Assembly (NCBI RefSeq): GCF_037042905.1
Contig: NC_087245.1
Location: forward strand, 35,714,001 to 35,774,000
DNA: 60,000 nt
Direction of reading: 5' to 3'
From: Lytechinus pictus
Taxonomy: Eukaryota
In this document: piece after piece, positions 12,501 to 24,479 of the stretch
Layout: every line of letters begins with the position of its first letter
How positions within the stretch are numbered: the first letter of the stretch is position 1
Made by a program: the position numbers and the translations under genes
The notes under the pieces: generated by a model
The model's input: the letters and a program-made list of their open reading frames with translations, nothing else
What the model was told of the DNA's origin: nothing
Databases searched by the model: none

Positions 12501-15500
12501 TGTGCAACGGTATGAATGTCGCACATTCAGCCTCCCATTTGATTGCGTACGACAAGCTGCAAGTACGGATCGTCCAATAATGAATGATGAAAAATGAAAA
12601 TCCATATTTTATTGTTCGAAATAGACATGAAATGAAATACTCTGAAAATTTGCTTTGCCCAATTGATCGTGGGCCCGGCAGCCGCTGTGCAGCGCCAGAT
12701 CGACGAGGCTCTATCCCCAATCGTTGAACGCCAAACAGTAGCAGCAACTGCCATCTTTTTAACGTCTTTCGGTCTGACGCGGCCGGGGTTTGAACCCCCG
12801 ACCTCCCGGTTGTGAGACGGACCCTCCACCAACTGAGCCAACACACTGGTATATATTTGTATGTATATCTTTGCTTACAGATGGCATTGAGTGCTGCTTC
12901 TCCGGTGTACCGTGGGTATCTGTCTGACGTGGACTGTCGATGGGATGTCATCTCTGGCTCTGTTGATGACAGGACTAGGGAGGAAATGGGTATGCAGGTA
13001 AGACTACTACCTCTGCCTACCGTAGATGGCTGCCCAAGGCACTTGCCATCTTCTCAAATAGAGTTTCAATTGTACCATATGATGGTACAAATCCATGGGT
13101 TATGCACATTTTATCACGCTTCATTCAAGCACGAAATTAGCACCCTTTGCTGGCGTTTCATTTATAATTGGACTGCTTTGTAGTGTAAGCGATAAAATCT
13201 GCATAGTCCAATGTTTTGTACCAACCTCTCTTTGAAAATACAGGCCATTGTGTCTTGAGATTGTTCATACATACTTTTTACCTCATAGAAATCTGGATTG
13301 GCGCTTAGTCAAACCGACTGATACATTGGTGCCCAACTGTTTCTCCTGGTTATGGGTGCGATTTCTTGCAGAGCAGTGGAACGATGTAACAAGGAAAGAC
13401 TGTGACAGCCGATCATTTCAAGAACTAAATTCAAACTAAGTTTCAAATGGGACTATGGAAATAAGATTACCATGCAAGACTACCCATTTCCTTGTTTGAA
13501 TTTATATGCCCCATGACTTTACAATATTGTTGTACTATTCTTCGCTCACCCGGAGACGGCATTGTAACTTCAGTGCTCCGCTGAGTAATCAATAGTGGCA
13601 AACACATAGAATAAGTATGGCCTTGCCCATACATATTCAACAATATCAGGCAAGCAGATAGATGCAAGTATGAAAAATATCGGACAAATAAAAAGAAAGA
13701 AGGAACTACTCTTCCATTTTCTTCTATATACAAAATAGCTTAAATTTCATTTTCCTTTTGCTTCAAATAATATGGTTCAATCAAGACACCATAAAAAATA
13801 CGCTTTCTAATATACCTTGATTACTGCCCCAGGGGAATAGGTATTTATGAGAAAAACACAAATCCCTGATGATTCATCGTCCATGGGAAAGTTAATATCC
13901 CCACAGGGTTTTCGATGTACACGTACATGAAAAATATCTCATACACAGTAGAAAGGAATTCCTTGAATTGAAGTAGTTATGCTAAAGCCAGGTCTGGGGT
14001 CTGTGTATAGCCTTTAAAACACATTATATTACAAACATTGTGTCATGTGATTGGATTGTAATTATTGTTCTTTTTCTTTCTCTTTTGCTATGACTATTGC
14101 TGTAGGAATTAAGGAACAATCGATTCAGGGTTCCAAAGTCTCGGTATAGCACGGTGGATTGCTACCTCTCACCAGCGGGAGAGAGATACAATGATACTGA
14201 TCTAGTGCTTGATGAAGAGCTATGCCAAGACATGATCGATGCTGGTATGTCTAATCAATACTAATCATTTACATCCTGTATGGGTACATTGTCATTTTGT
14301 CTATGCCCACTTCAGCTGCTTTCATGCTGGTCTCTTCCCACGCCCACTTCAGCTGCTTTCTCGCTGGTCTCTTCCCACATGGTCAAATCCTAGATTTTTT
14401 CACAACCATTTCATCTACTAATTACTAAGTATAATTGCCATTTAGCCCATTTATAATTTGGTTTTATTTTAAGTTAAAACTTAAACAATGTGATTTTTAT
14501 CTATAAACCCAATGAAAATTCTGTTTCAAGCCAAAATTTGTAATTTATTCACTTTTACAGATAAAAACTCAATTGATCTCATGGTTTTATGATAATAAAA
14601 AAAATACTACTGACAATTTCCATCATACAAATTATAATCCCCCTTTCACAAAAGTCAGTTTCCTGCATTGTTCATACTTTTTTTCTCAAACATTTTGATA
14701 TGTTACCAGGTATTGATAGACAGTTAGCCAGGCATGTAGCACATCTATTCATCAGGGACCCGGTTTCACTATTCAGTGAGAGAATAAACCAAGATGATGC
14801 CAATGATTCTGATCATTTCGAGGTAAGCAAAGTAAAGTCTGAATTTGCTACTGGCTTATTCTTCTGACTGAATTACAGAATAATCATTAGGCCTTAACCG
14901 ATCGGGCATCGTATCGGGCCGATATTTTGCGGCATCGGCAAAACATCGGTATCTACAATCTTTCTGATGAATGGCTGATGCATAGCCGATGGAAAGTGCA
15001 TCGTGCTGTGGCTGGTCGTGAATGAGTTCTTCTGAGTTTTCTCCCTATTTTTCTTCAATAAATATAAGAATTTGTGGTCTTGATTTCATGAATAATGATA
15101 GCATGGCTATTGTTTTGGTAGTAGTTTAGTTTCCTTTAAACTTCTAGTAAAATTGCATTGAAGTTGCGATTGTCTCCAAACTTGTCTGAAGATGCACGCT
15201 AAAATCGACTGACTAAAGTAAGCTGACTATTACGTGTGTGTCAATTTACAGATGAATGAAATGATTGCAGATTGGATAAAAACATGGTTACAGATTTTTT
15301 TCTACTTGATGAAAGATTTAGATAAATAATGATATATATTTCCTGACCCGAAGATATTTCAGTATTTTTTTATCGTTCTTACCTACGCAATTTAGATCCC
15401 ACTACAATTATTGTCATTTGTACGATTTCCAAATTGGCACTAATGTACACGCCATTTTCGGGCTTCAAGCTTTCACACACTGTCCCAAACATGTCATGGC

Positions 15501-18500
15501 ACCTTCCATGTACCATACCGGTACCTCAAACTCGCCGTACGCATTTTTCCCAGTCTTAATAGCTAGCCTCATGAAGTACTTGTAACAATAAACAAACAAG
15601 TTGAAACAACTGACTCAGAAAATACGGGTTACATTTTGGCCATTGAACTTTTGTTGACGTTTTTAAACTTTTACCACAAATTTGGGCGGTTTGGGCTGAG
15701 TGGGAGGTTGTTTACAATATATGTCATGCATTAGTAGTGAAACTATAGCTGCCAGGCTGACAAATGTTTGCATTACCGTATCTGTAACTTTAGTTTTGTT
15801 CATCGGAATGTATCGGTATTTGCAGATACAAGGAGGAAAAATATTGGCACATCGGATCGGCCATGAAATTCCATATCGGTTAAGGCCTTATAATTTATAT
15901 TATTGAAAGTGCCAAATGCCACTTCACTCTGGTTCTATTTGTTTTTTATTTATTTCACCATGTAACATGACATTCACATTGACAAAATAATAGTATGAAA
16001 TTTGCATATAATAATGCATAGTAGGAACAAAGCATAAACAAATTATGTATAAAGTGCAGAGCTTCGTGCAATAACATTAAACATGGCTTGCAATAAAGCA
16101 TCCATAAACAGAAACAAAAACAAATAATTACATAAAAAAAATTATGTCACTATATCATATTAAGATAGGAAAAATAGACATTGTTCATATCTTATGTATA
16201 ATAAAGACATTATCATGTACCTCAATATTACTGTGGAGAAATATCACCGAGAGTATTTTGATAGTTATAAATCTTTGATATGTTTTGATGCTGAATTTAT
16301 GAATATATACCTGATATTATGTATGCAGATAAGTAAGGGTTTTAATGGATATTTTTCATTTTGTATTTAAAAAATACAAACTCATGCAGCAAGTAGCAAA
16401 TCAGAGGAAGTGTCGCGCATTGATATACAACTGATGTTGACATTTTGTAATTTTTTTAGATTCGTTATTCACTATTAGAATAAAAAAAAAATGCCTTGAG
16501 AAATGATTGATCACCACAATTGTCGAAAAATATAGGCTACATGTAGGTACATGTTTTTAAATCTTCATTTCGTTTGATTTGTGTTAAACATGTACATTGA
16601 ACAATATCTAGCTTCCATCTATCAGGCTCAATAGGTGGTCAGTACTTTGTAAATTAAGAAAAAAAACATCAAGTAATGTCACATGACACACACATCTCTT
16701 CTTTCATTTAAAGTGTATAAGCCTGCTCTCAATTTATTTCATGCTAATGTTCATTCCGTTACGAGAACTAGAAATGCGTCTGTTATAACTCTCATAATTG
16801 ACCGGTAATGGACATTATACAACTACCAAGAATGTTCTGTAATCTGATTGGTCATAATCGAATCACATGATATTCAGCGAATTGCACTATATTGCATCCA
16901 AAATGCACTATCCTGCACTCTGACGTCATACCAAAATTATTATCCTGCACTCTGACGTCAGAGTGCAGGATAGTGCGAGGTCTGGAATTATCTAGAATTA
17001 TCTGGAATTTAGATCCAATATAGCGTTCGGGGCAACTCCATGGGGGAGGAGGGGGTTGTATAAAACAAGCAATGCACGCATTCTTGTGCATAGAGGACCT
17101 AAATAATGAACTCTGTGCTTGACTCGCCAAATGGATATACCGCACTCGGTCCTGCGGACCTCGGTGCGGTATATCCATTGGCTGTTCTCGCACATCGTTC
17201 ATTATTTTGTCCTGTATGCATGCGCTTACGTGCATTATTTGTATAGTGTGATATGTATATTTTTTTGTATCTTGACAGAACATCCAGTCAACTAACTGGC
17301 AGTCCATGAGATTCAAGCCCCCTCCTGTGAACTCTAAGATTGGTTGGAGAGTAGAGTTCAGACCTATTGAAGTGAGTTGAATCAAATCATCAAGATATCG
17401 TTTATCTGGGGCCGGTAATACAAAGATTAACAATCGATTGTATGGTAGAGTTGTAAACACTTGATTGCTTATAATGGTCAGTGTGATCAAGGGTACCCTT
17501 TATTCACTATCTAAACTGTGTGTGTATCATGTAGGCCTGTTCATAGTTCACTTATAAGAGAAAATCTGAATCGAAAGTCTTAAACTTCCTGAGAAACTTG
17601 ATAGGTAACTTAATGATAATAATAATAATAAATGTCATTTATATAGCGCTTTATCAATCTACGACTGCACAAAGCGCTTCACAATTATTATTACCCGGTC
17701 ACTTGATTCATAGCATTTTAAGCAGCCTGTTAGGCACACTTGCTAAACCAACCACAATGACGGTTGTTTCCTACCGGTATGTTTGGATCCAAACTTAGGT
17801 TTAGATTGAATGCACCTGTCATTGTAAAATGAGAGAGTGAGACTGCCTAGATCTGGGCCTCATCTTATAAAGAGTTACGATTGATCCAATCAATCGTAAC
17901 TCTATGGAAATCCATCAGTGTCATAATTTTTTATACAGGAAATTGCAAAATGTCCTTTAAAACAAAGGAGAACACACAAAATTGTCAAGAAATCAATGAA
18001 TATATAAATATGCATTTATATCTAGAAAAGTTTTTGAACATACATGCATTTTTTATATTGACTTTGCTGGCTTTCCATAGTTGCGTTTGATTGTATCAAT
18101 CCCAACTCTCTGTGAGATGGGGCCCTGGTGGCTTTATGAAGCTCACAGTGTGAGATAGTCAGTACCTTGCCTGGCTGTATCATTCAATGGATTACTTACA
18201 ACATTTTTTAACCTATTTTTTTTTCAAAGAAAATCAGAAATGTCAAAACTTAGAGAAACCTAAATGAGGCGGCGATATAAATCTGATGGGACTCTGATTA
18301 GCTCTTTTGTTTGGTACAAAATTACTTGATAAGACAACTATTTTAACATTTGCTAGATTTTATGATTCGGCTGAATTGATAATTTGTATAGAATTCCCAG
18401 GCATATGTAAACCTTTTATTCTAATCACAGATTTTAGCCATTTTCACATATTTATGGCTTGAGATAATCTACAAGTTATTCTACTTTGCCTTGTGACAAA

Positions 18501-21500
18501 GCATTTGATGTTGCGTAATCATACCATTCTTTGTATTGTTGTTACTAGGTGCAATTGACTGACTTTGAGAATGCCGCCTATGTTGTATTCCTGGTTCTTT
18601 TGACACGTGCCATCTTGACCTTTAAGCTTAACTTCCTCATTCCGATCTCCAAGGTAATTATAGCATTACAATTTTTTTCCAGACAGACTGCATGGCAGCC
18701 TCCAGGGTCATCGAGGGTCTGCATTACATTTTAGAATTTTCATGCATCCGGTAAATTTGCCATGCGTCGGTATACAAATAGCAAATAGGCATGAGTGCGT
18801 TGGTGCGAGATTTCGCATGAGATGTAAGAAAGATGCTTTATTCAACTAGGCATTAGCCGAGTTGAATAGTGTCTCTTTCTTTCGTCGTGTGTGCAAACGT
18901 ACAAATGTTTGACATTCAGTCTCTCATTTGCTCGCGTACAATAAGCTAGGTAGGCGTTGTACAATAATTACGTATGCATGGCAAATTTACCGGATGCGTG
19001 GGCTAGCCATGCGCCGGTAATTTGCATGGTTGTAAAAAAAATATATATTTTTTGCCAAAAAATTCCACCATGCTATAAAATGAACGATACTCAAATTTGT
19101 TTGGGCATCGGTAGGACTAGTGAGCATGCGGTATTCAGCATGCGGTAACTATGGAAACTAGTCTAAATAGTCAACAGTTCCATAGTTGCCTTATGCTCAC
19201 AAAACCTACCGATGCACTCACATCTGTGCATCATTTGTGTAATGACACACGATCGCTGTATTCTAGTTATATCCCTACTAGTAATGTATCAAATTAATCT
19301 GGTGGGTGTTTCATAAAGCTGTTTGTAAGATAAGAGCGACTTTAAGAACGACTGGTAATCCTTTCTTGTGGTAAATAGTATACACCATTGGCGATGGTTT
19401 AGCGCTTAAGAAGGGTTCACCAGTCGTTCTTAAAGTCGCTCTTAAGTTACAAACATCTTTATGAAACGGCCCCCCGTTATATATGGAAGCATGATACGAA
19501 TTGAATCTATATTTCAACATAAGTCATTGCTATGTCTGGCAAGCTGTAGGACTTGCTTTAGGGTTGCCAGTGAAAACCTTAAGAAGATTGGAAGAAATGG
19601 AATGTCGGCGGTCGAGATTAGATGGAAAGCCCTTCTTGTGCTTAGTCCATTTGTAGTAGGGTCCATGGAATAGCTCAGGTCGGTGTTTCATAAAGCTGTT
19701 CGTAAGTTAAGAGCGACTTTAAGAATGACTGGTGAAACTTTCCTAGGTGCAAAAAAATCACAAATTAACATGCAATGGTGAATATCATTTACCAAAAGAT
19801 AGGATACCATTTTTTGTATAGTCACTTGTGACTTACGAACAGCTTTATGAAACAGCCTCCTGGTATTCCATTCTGAGCCATCCAATATGATATAAATACA
19901 ATCAAATCAATGGTGTATATTTGACCTCCATTAGGTGGATGAAAATATGAAGAATGCACAAAAGAGAGATGCAGTACTCAACCAACAGTTCTACTTCAGG
20001 AAAGATATCCATTCATGTGAGTAAGGTCATACTCTTTTCATTTTCATTGGACTCGCGGTATACACAGCAAACCACAACTCTAGTCACTTTTCGTTCACAA
20101 TGCACATGCAACGCATTTCATTAGTGACGCATGGATCGCGTCGTAGACACATTCATCATCCATTCTACAGCTTTTGCCGACACTGATCGCATTGAGATTT
20201 AAGAAAAAAATTCAGAAACAATCGGATGAATAAGATACGATGGTCCCTCACTGAAGTAGTAGTAAAGTTTATGTAGACAAATCTTTATTTTAATACCAAC
20301 ATTCTACAGTCTATAATTTGGTATAAATTTAGAAGCATACATTATGTTTATGAATTACCTTTTAGTGGGAAAATCAGTTCTATTCATTCCTTTCAATTCT
20401 AATAGCTGTATAGTGTAGTGGGTTTTACGGTACACCATGTATCTTTCATGGGCAATTGTTGGTACGAAAACAGACCACCCAAACTTAGCTTTGTGTATAA
20501 TTAAAGAATGATACAAAGTGATACTCCCATTCAAGAGCACTAAAGTTTATAGACAGTTCTAAATCTATTCACAAGTACTAAGGATACTCTGAATAGACAA
20601 GAAGTCTATTCATTATTACCCTGAGTTATGTATGAATGAAGCGGGAAGTTTATTCAGAAGTTCCCAGGGTAAATTTCAAAAGTAGTTTATGGCCTTTTCA
20701 CACATGAATCTTGAATCATCATTGTAATGATGATTGCAATTCGTCTCTAGAATCATCGGACCTTTCACACGGAAACTTCGTACTGTAATTTGAGTGAAAC
20801 TTAACTGGAATTCACCTCCAGTAGAATTTGAATTCGTGATTGTGATTGGCGTTCGTGATTCTAGTTTGGTTTCACTCATGCAAAAAATTTGTCATTAGCC
20901 TTAATTTTCACTGGGATTATCATTCAAGTTATGATTTTTTTACCATGTGAAAGGGCGGTTAGTTCATTGTCATCTTACTCTTTATTGAAAGATTCAATCC
21001 AGTTCTAAGTTGCAAGGCTCAGTGTTACATTCAAGTCATGACTGTAGTATCTAACAAAAGCCCATGAATTCATCTTTTAAATGAACTTATAAGATAAACC
21101 TTGCCTTTTCATTGGTGCACTATATATTACCCTGGCTTTTGTTCCAGGTACTTGGTGCATTCAAGGAATTAATCCTACCGGGAGTGCCCATTCTCTTCAC
21201 CTGGTTTGAGGATGTCACAATTGTACTTTGATCAGTTATTTTGTGTATTTTATCGTTTTGAATTTATATTGATATTTAACAATAAATGCAGAAACTCCTG
21301 CCAAAAAGGGGCAGGGGGATGTAATTATAACATTTATTGAATGATAGGATGAATGGAAGCTATGTGTTTGTAAACACAAAAGTCTCATGGCACTTCTACT
21401 TTCTGTTACTAGTCAATGATAGCGAACTTCAGACAGACACCGGCAAGTGCACCAGGGATGTGACAGAGTACTATGGCTGCATGAGCATCGACACCATCGT

Positions 21501-23544
21501 CAATGGCGGCTCCATGCCCGGGTGCAAGGAGGCTCGGTTCCCTGGTCTTATCCCGTTGGTCCATCAGTACATTAATACAGTTGAAGGGGTTGATGTGGAT
21601 ACCAGATGTACAATACTTCATTACCTGAGACTCATTTCAGACAGGGCAGCAGGTATGTTAATCAAGGGCCCTGTCTTACAAAGAGTTACGATTGATCCAA
21701 TCAATCGTAATTCTGGAAATCCATCAGTGTCATAATTTTTTCTACATAAAATTTTTAAAATGTCCTTTGTAAACGAAGGCGAACACACCAAATTGTCAAG
21801 ATTACGATGAATTTATGTACTTTACGTCATATCTAGAAAACATTTTGAACATTCATGTATTTTAGATGTTGACGTTGCTGGCTGTCCATAGTTGTGATTG
21901 ATCGGATCAATCGCAGCTCTTTTTAAGACGGGCCCAAGATATCTCTCTATAATACATGTTGATTTGTTGGGGTGTTACAAGCAACGTGCAATTGATCGCA
22001 AGCCAGAGTCAGGTCCAATAGTTGAAATTCATGCATTTGATTGCAAATGTGTAGTTAATGGTCTGCCTCTTGCATTAACAATTATGAATTGATTTATCTT
22101 AGTGAAATCTATATATCACTTTGTAAATTTGCATCTGAAATTTGTAATTGATTGCAAATATATTTTTTGCAACATCCCCCCCTCCGTCTCACTCCACTGA
22201 TGTAGGTACATAGAGACTGAAGGCTTACCAATGCCATTACGTGTAGATGCTACGGTCAACCATAAAATGAACATTTATATACATGATGATGCGTTCTGAT
22301 GCTTTTGATTTGGTTGGTTTGTGTCTGTAATTCAATTTGCACCTCACCATTTCCATTGTATAGAACTTATGAATGAATAAGTGGATCAACACCAAATTCA
22401 AGTGCTGCGAGGCTCAAGGACTCTTAAAACTTTCATTTATTTTGGGGTCTAACTTCGAATAAGTTACAAAAGTGTTATTTATGGATAAAGGATAAAAAAG
22501 AAGATGAGAATCTTTACAAATGGACCTAAACGGCCGTCAAATTTTCACCCCTCACTGTCCATGAAAGGAAAATGTCAGAATTGATGAATGATTCCCCAGG
22601 GGCCCGTTGCAGAAAGAGTTGCAATCAATCGCAACTCTAAAATCATGCGCAACTTGATTTTCAACCAATCGAAAGCGCGCATTTGGGTCTTGCGATTTAT
22701 TTTTTTACTTGCGTTTAAACGCAACTCTTTCTGCAACGGACCCCAGGTCAGACAAATATTATTTGTAAAGGTAACGGGGTGATCTATGGGGATGAATTTT
22801 GCATCTGAAATTACATGTTGGAGATATGATATCAACCCTTTTAGAGCTGGGTTGTTTGGACCCATCTTAAATATTGAGAAATTGGCCTTCAAACCAGCGT
22901 CGTAATGAAAACTGTCTTGCCCACCACCTATTATGTAATCTACAAAATTGTTCCTTATTCAGGGTTCCCACAGTCATGGAAAATCCTGGAAAAATTTGTG
23001 GTCATGGAAAAATCAGGGAAAATTTGTGAAAAGTCATGGAATTGCATGGAATGGCTATGGCAGCTTTCCAGTGTGTCGCGTCTGGGCAACTCTCATACTC
23101 TGTGATCATACTGTGCTATTATAATTGGTGTTCATGATTTCCATTTTTCCCAGTTTTGTGACATCCCAAATTTTACATTACTCTCGGGACGTCATGGGAA
23201 GTCATGGAAAGCAGCAATTTAGTCATGGAATTCTGTTTTCAAATTTCTGTGGGAACCCTGCTTACTATAAAACAGAACTGTAATAGTTATTGATTTTCTG
23301 TCTTTCAGGTCGGCTCAAGACCACAGCAAGGTGGATCCGTGATTTCATCCACACTCACCCCGACTACAAGCAAGACTCAGTCGTTTCGGAACTAATCAAC
23401 TACGACCTTATCAAAGAATGCGACCTCATCACAAGAGGTACCGTGGAAGCGCCGGATCTCTTTCACACACAGACGTCACGGTCCAGCGACGATATTCCAG
23501 AATCCATAGAGAGTATGGAAACTCAAATAGACACCAACTCGTGA
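427..23544 (+). CDS. GCLC: Glutamate-cysteine ligase catalytic subunit, 5'-partial spliced gene. Exons 427-546, 1082-1153, 5063-5179, 6012-6070, 7108-7322, 12881-12997, 14106-14244, 14710-14822, 17279-17371, 18549-18653, 19935-20016, 21413-21652, 23309-23544
   Basis: The spliced translation contains the hallmark GCLC motifs [67 protein letters not shown] and DFENAAY. All introns are GT-AG with matching phases. The 1708 coding nt in the window end at TGA. Confidence 0.97.
1082..1153 (+). CDS. GCLC: GCLC coding exon ([24 protein letters not shown])
   Basis: tacag / gtaag, phase 2-2, ends in the conserved FPR. Confidence 0.9.
1275..1725. mobile_element. Non-autonomous DNA transposon (MITE) with ~17-bp TIRs
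   Basis: taagccagttcgtagtt ... aactacgaactggtcta inverted ends. Confidence 0.6.
3083..3516. mobile_element. hAT-like MITE with a 6-bp target duplication
   Basis: TIR cagacctgccaacc / ggatggcaggtctg, GTACAT at 3077-3082 and 3517-3522. Confidence 0.75.
3532..3818 (-). mobile_element. tRNA-derived SINE with an L2-like 3' tail and (TTA)n end
   Basis: Minus-strand head ggagcgttgTGGCCCAGTGG...GGTTTGAATCC (Pol III A/B boxes). A second copy lies at 24480-24743. Confidence 0.85.
5063..5179 (+). CDS. GCLC: GCLC coding exon ([38 protein letters not shown])
   Basis: tctag / gtaag, conserved LGCP.F and HPRF. Confidence 0.93.
6012..6070 (+). CDS. GCLC: GCLC coding exon ([19 protein letters not shown])
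   Basis: ttcag / gtgag, conserved TLT.NIR.R.GEKV.INVP. Confidence 0.93.
7108..7322 (+). CDS. GCLC: GCLC coding exon ([10 protein letters not shown]...[23 protein letters not shown]...LTPIL)
   Basis: tgtag / gtacg, contains the active-site region motif. Confidence 0.95.
8225..10561. mobile_element. TTAA-flanked (Kolobok-like) MITE interrupted by a nested element
   Basis: TTAA|aggggaatcca ... tggattcccct|TTAA with long imperfect TIRs. Confidence 0.8.
8468..10207. mobile_element. Internally deleted PIF/Harbinger-like DNA transposon
   Basis: Perfect 17-bp TIR tacccccatctcactag / ctagtgagatgggggta, TTA duplicated at 8465-8467 and 10208-10210, GC-richer than its flanks. Confidence 0.85.
10747..10893. 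mobile_element. Palindromic Harbinger-type MITE (gtttcataaagctgttcgtaag family)
   Basis: Self-complementary. Other copies at ~81-140, 19302-19473, 19679-19859, 43741-43912 and 43916-44103. Confidence 0.8.
11875..12450. mobile_element. TTAA-flanked (Kolobok-like) MITE with ~200-bp TIRs
   Basis: ttaa|aggaaaccaaaaccc ... gggttttggtttcct|ttga, long inverted arms. Confidence 0.8.
12579..12849 (-). mobile_element. tRNA-derived SINE (second family)
   Basis: Minus-strand head ccagtgtgtTGGCTCAGTTGG...GGTTCAAACCC (A/B boxes), then a unique body and a simple-repeat tail. Confidence 0.8.
12881..12997 (+). CDS. GCLC: GCLC coding exon ([39 protein letters not shown])
   Basis: tacag / gtaag, highly conserved GCLC peptide. 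Confidence 0.95.
14106..14244 (+). CDS. GCLC: GCLC coding exon ([46 protein letters not shown])
   Basis: tgtag / gtatg, KSRY and YND motifs. Confidence 0.93.
14710..14822 (+). CDS. GCLC: GCLC coding exon ([38 protein letters not shown])
   Basis: accag / gtaag, [10 protein letters not shown] motif. Confidence 0.95.
14890..15887. mobile_element. ~1-kb non-autonomous DNA transposon with subterminal ATCGG repeats
   Basis: TIR ggccttaaccgat / atcggttaaggcc flanked by TTA on both sides. The superfamily is ambiguous (Harbinger vs hAT). Confidence 0.75.
16800..17207. mobile_element. Hairpin-ended non-autonomous element, possibly Crypton-like
   Basis: Short inverted ttatacaac/gttgtataa, an internal 32-bp palindrome and a long terminal hairpin at 17101-17207. 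Confidence 0.5.
17279..17371 (+). CDS. GCLC: GCLC coding exon ([31 protein letters not shown])
   Basis: gacag / gtgag, signature motif. Confidence 0.96.
17856..18124. mobile_element. Harbinger-type MITE (gagttacgattgatccaatcaatcg family)
   Basis: TIRs with CTG on both sides. Other copies at 21666-21934, 29314-29530 (CTG/CTG) and 29569-30105 (interrupted). Confidence 0.8.
18549..18653 (+). CDS. GCLC: GCLC coding exon ([35 protein letters not shown])
   Basis: actag / gtaat, conserved peptide. Confidence 0.95.
19302..19473. mobile_element. Palindromic Harbinger-type MITE
   Basis: gtttcataaagctg...ctttatgaaac inverted arms. Confidence 0.8.
19679..19859. mobile_element. Palindromic Harbinger-type MITE
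   Basis: Same family as 19302-19473. Confidence 0.8.
19935..20016 (+). CDS. GCLC: GCLC coding exon ([27 protein letters not shown])
   Basis: attag / gtgag, conserved VDENM..AQKRDAV and FYFRKDI. Confidence 0.93.
21413..21652 (+). CDS. GCLC: GCLC coding exon (NDSELQ...[10 protein letters not shown]...FPGLIPLV...[20 protein letters not shown])
   Basis: actag / gtatg, phase 1-1, MSIDTI.NG, FPGLIP and DVDTRC motifs. The acceptor lies in a variable region and is slightly less certain. Confidence 0.88.
21666..21934. mobile_element. Harbinger-type MITE starting 14 nt downstream of a GCLC exon end
   Basis: Homologous to 17856-18124, with CAA on both sides. Confidence 0.78.
22600..22743. mobile_element. 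Palindromic Harbinger-type MITE
   Basis: CAG|gggcccgttgcagaaagagttgc ... gcaactctttctgcaacggaccc|CAG. Confidence 0.8.
22960..23260. mobile_element. hAT-like MITE with internal GTCATGGAA repeats
   Basis: TIR cagggttcccacag / ctgtgggaaccctg, flanks cttatt / cttact. Confidence 0.8.
23309..23544 (+). CDS. GCLC: GCLC last coding exon ([34 protein letters not shown]...TNS*)
   Basis: ttcag acceptor, HPDYKQDSV motif, TGA stop. Confidence 0.94.
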
Positions 23545-23778
23545 AGTTTCCTAATCTTCCTCGCGTTTACTTTTTATACAGATTATATGTTTTTATAGAT
23601 TTATGTTTAGATACATTATATATATGTGTGTATGTGTGTATATATTTTGTTTTATATTCATGACTGATGGATATTACACAATTGATCATGAAATAATAAA
23701 TTAAAAGAATTATATCATTTCTTCTATAGTACTCTTTAGTATCAGACCAAGGAGAATCATTATTTTTTTCATTATTTA

Positions 23779-24089
23779 GGCCCGTATTCTGAAGTCGGGT
23801 TTAACTTAAACTCAGGTTTAAAGTTGTGGTTTAAGTATAGATAGCCAATTGTTACATAAATCACTAACAGTAGAGATATCATAATTCGGCTCATTTGGCT
23901 CACAAATCATTCATAATTTTCGAGGAAGTATAAATAGATGATTATCTTCAACATCGATGAATCAGGGAAGAGCACAGTAAACATAAGAAACAAACAACTT
24001 AATAAAAAGTCGGACACTTTTGGCTTCCCATAATTTTAGCACAGAGTTAGACCATGGTCTAAGTTAAACGTGACTTCAGAATACGGGCC
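23779..24089. mobile_element. Harbinger-type MITE in the probable GCLC 3' UTR/downstream region
   Basis: TTA|ggcccgtattctgaagtc ... gacttcagaatacgggcc|TTA. Confidence 0.85.
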
Positions 24090-24479
24090 TTAGAGTCTGA
24101 GTAAGTTAGAATCAGTTCAGTATATAATTCTGTTTAATAAAGAATGATTATCTCATAATGAAAACAAATCACAAAGAGATTACTCATTAAGCATGATATC
24201 AATGATTTTATGGACAATTTCTCTTCAAGTGAATTCAATTCAGTATCAGTGAATATCAGTTGTGGTGAAAAACAACAATAAATTGTGTCATGAATGGTTC
24301 CCTTGTTCGCCTGAAGAAGCTTTCAACTACAATCAGTATGTAAAGTGTAGAGCCTTAATCCTAAAAGACCGATTGGTGCTGATTCAGCAAAATAATTTAC
24401 TCTTGGTGATTTTATTATAGACAATGACTGTCTACTGACTGCATAGTCACCAGTTGAGTTCTTGGCCGAAGAATAAATA

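Noticed and set aside
12770..12849. Possible tRNA gene (also 3745-3818)
   Set aside because: It has A/B boxes but no proper acceptor stem, continues into a SINE body and tail, and the 3532 family is multi-copy.
12385..12951. 188-aa minus-strand ORF
   Set aside because: A chance read-through across an exon antisense, a SINE and a MITE
16852..17490. 212-aa minus-strand ORF
   Set aside because: It lies antisense to a GCLC exon and runs through a palindromic repeat, with no recognisable domain.
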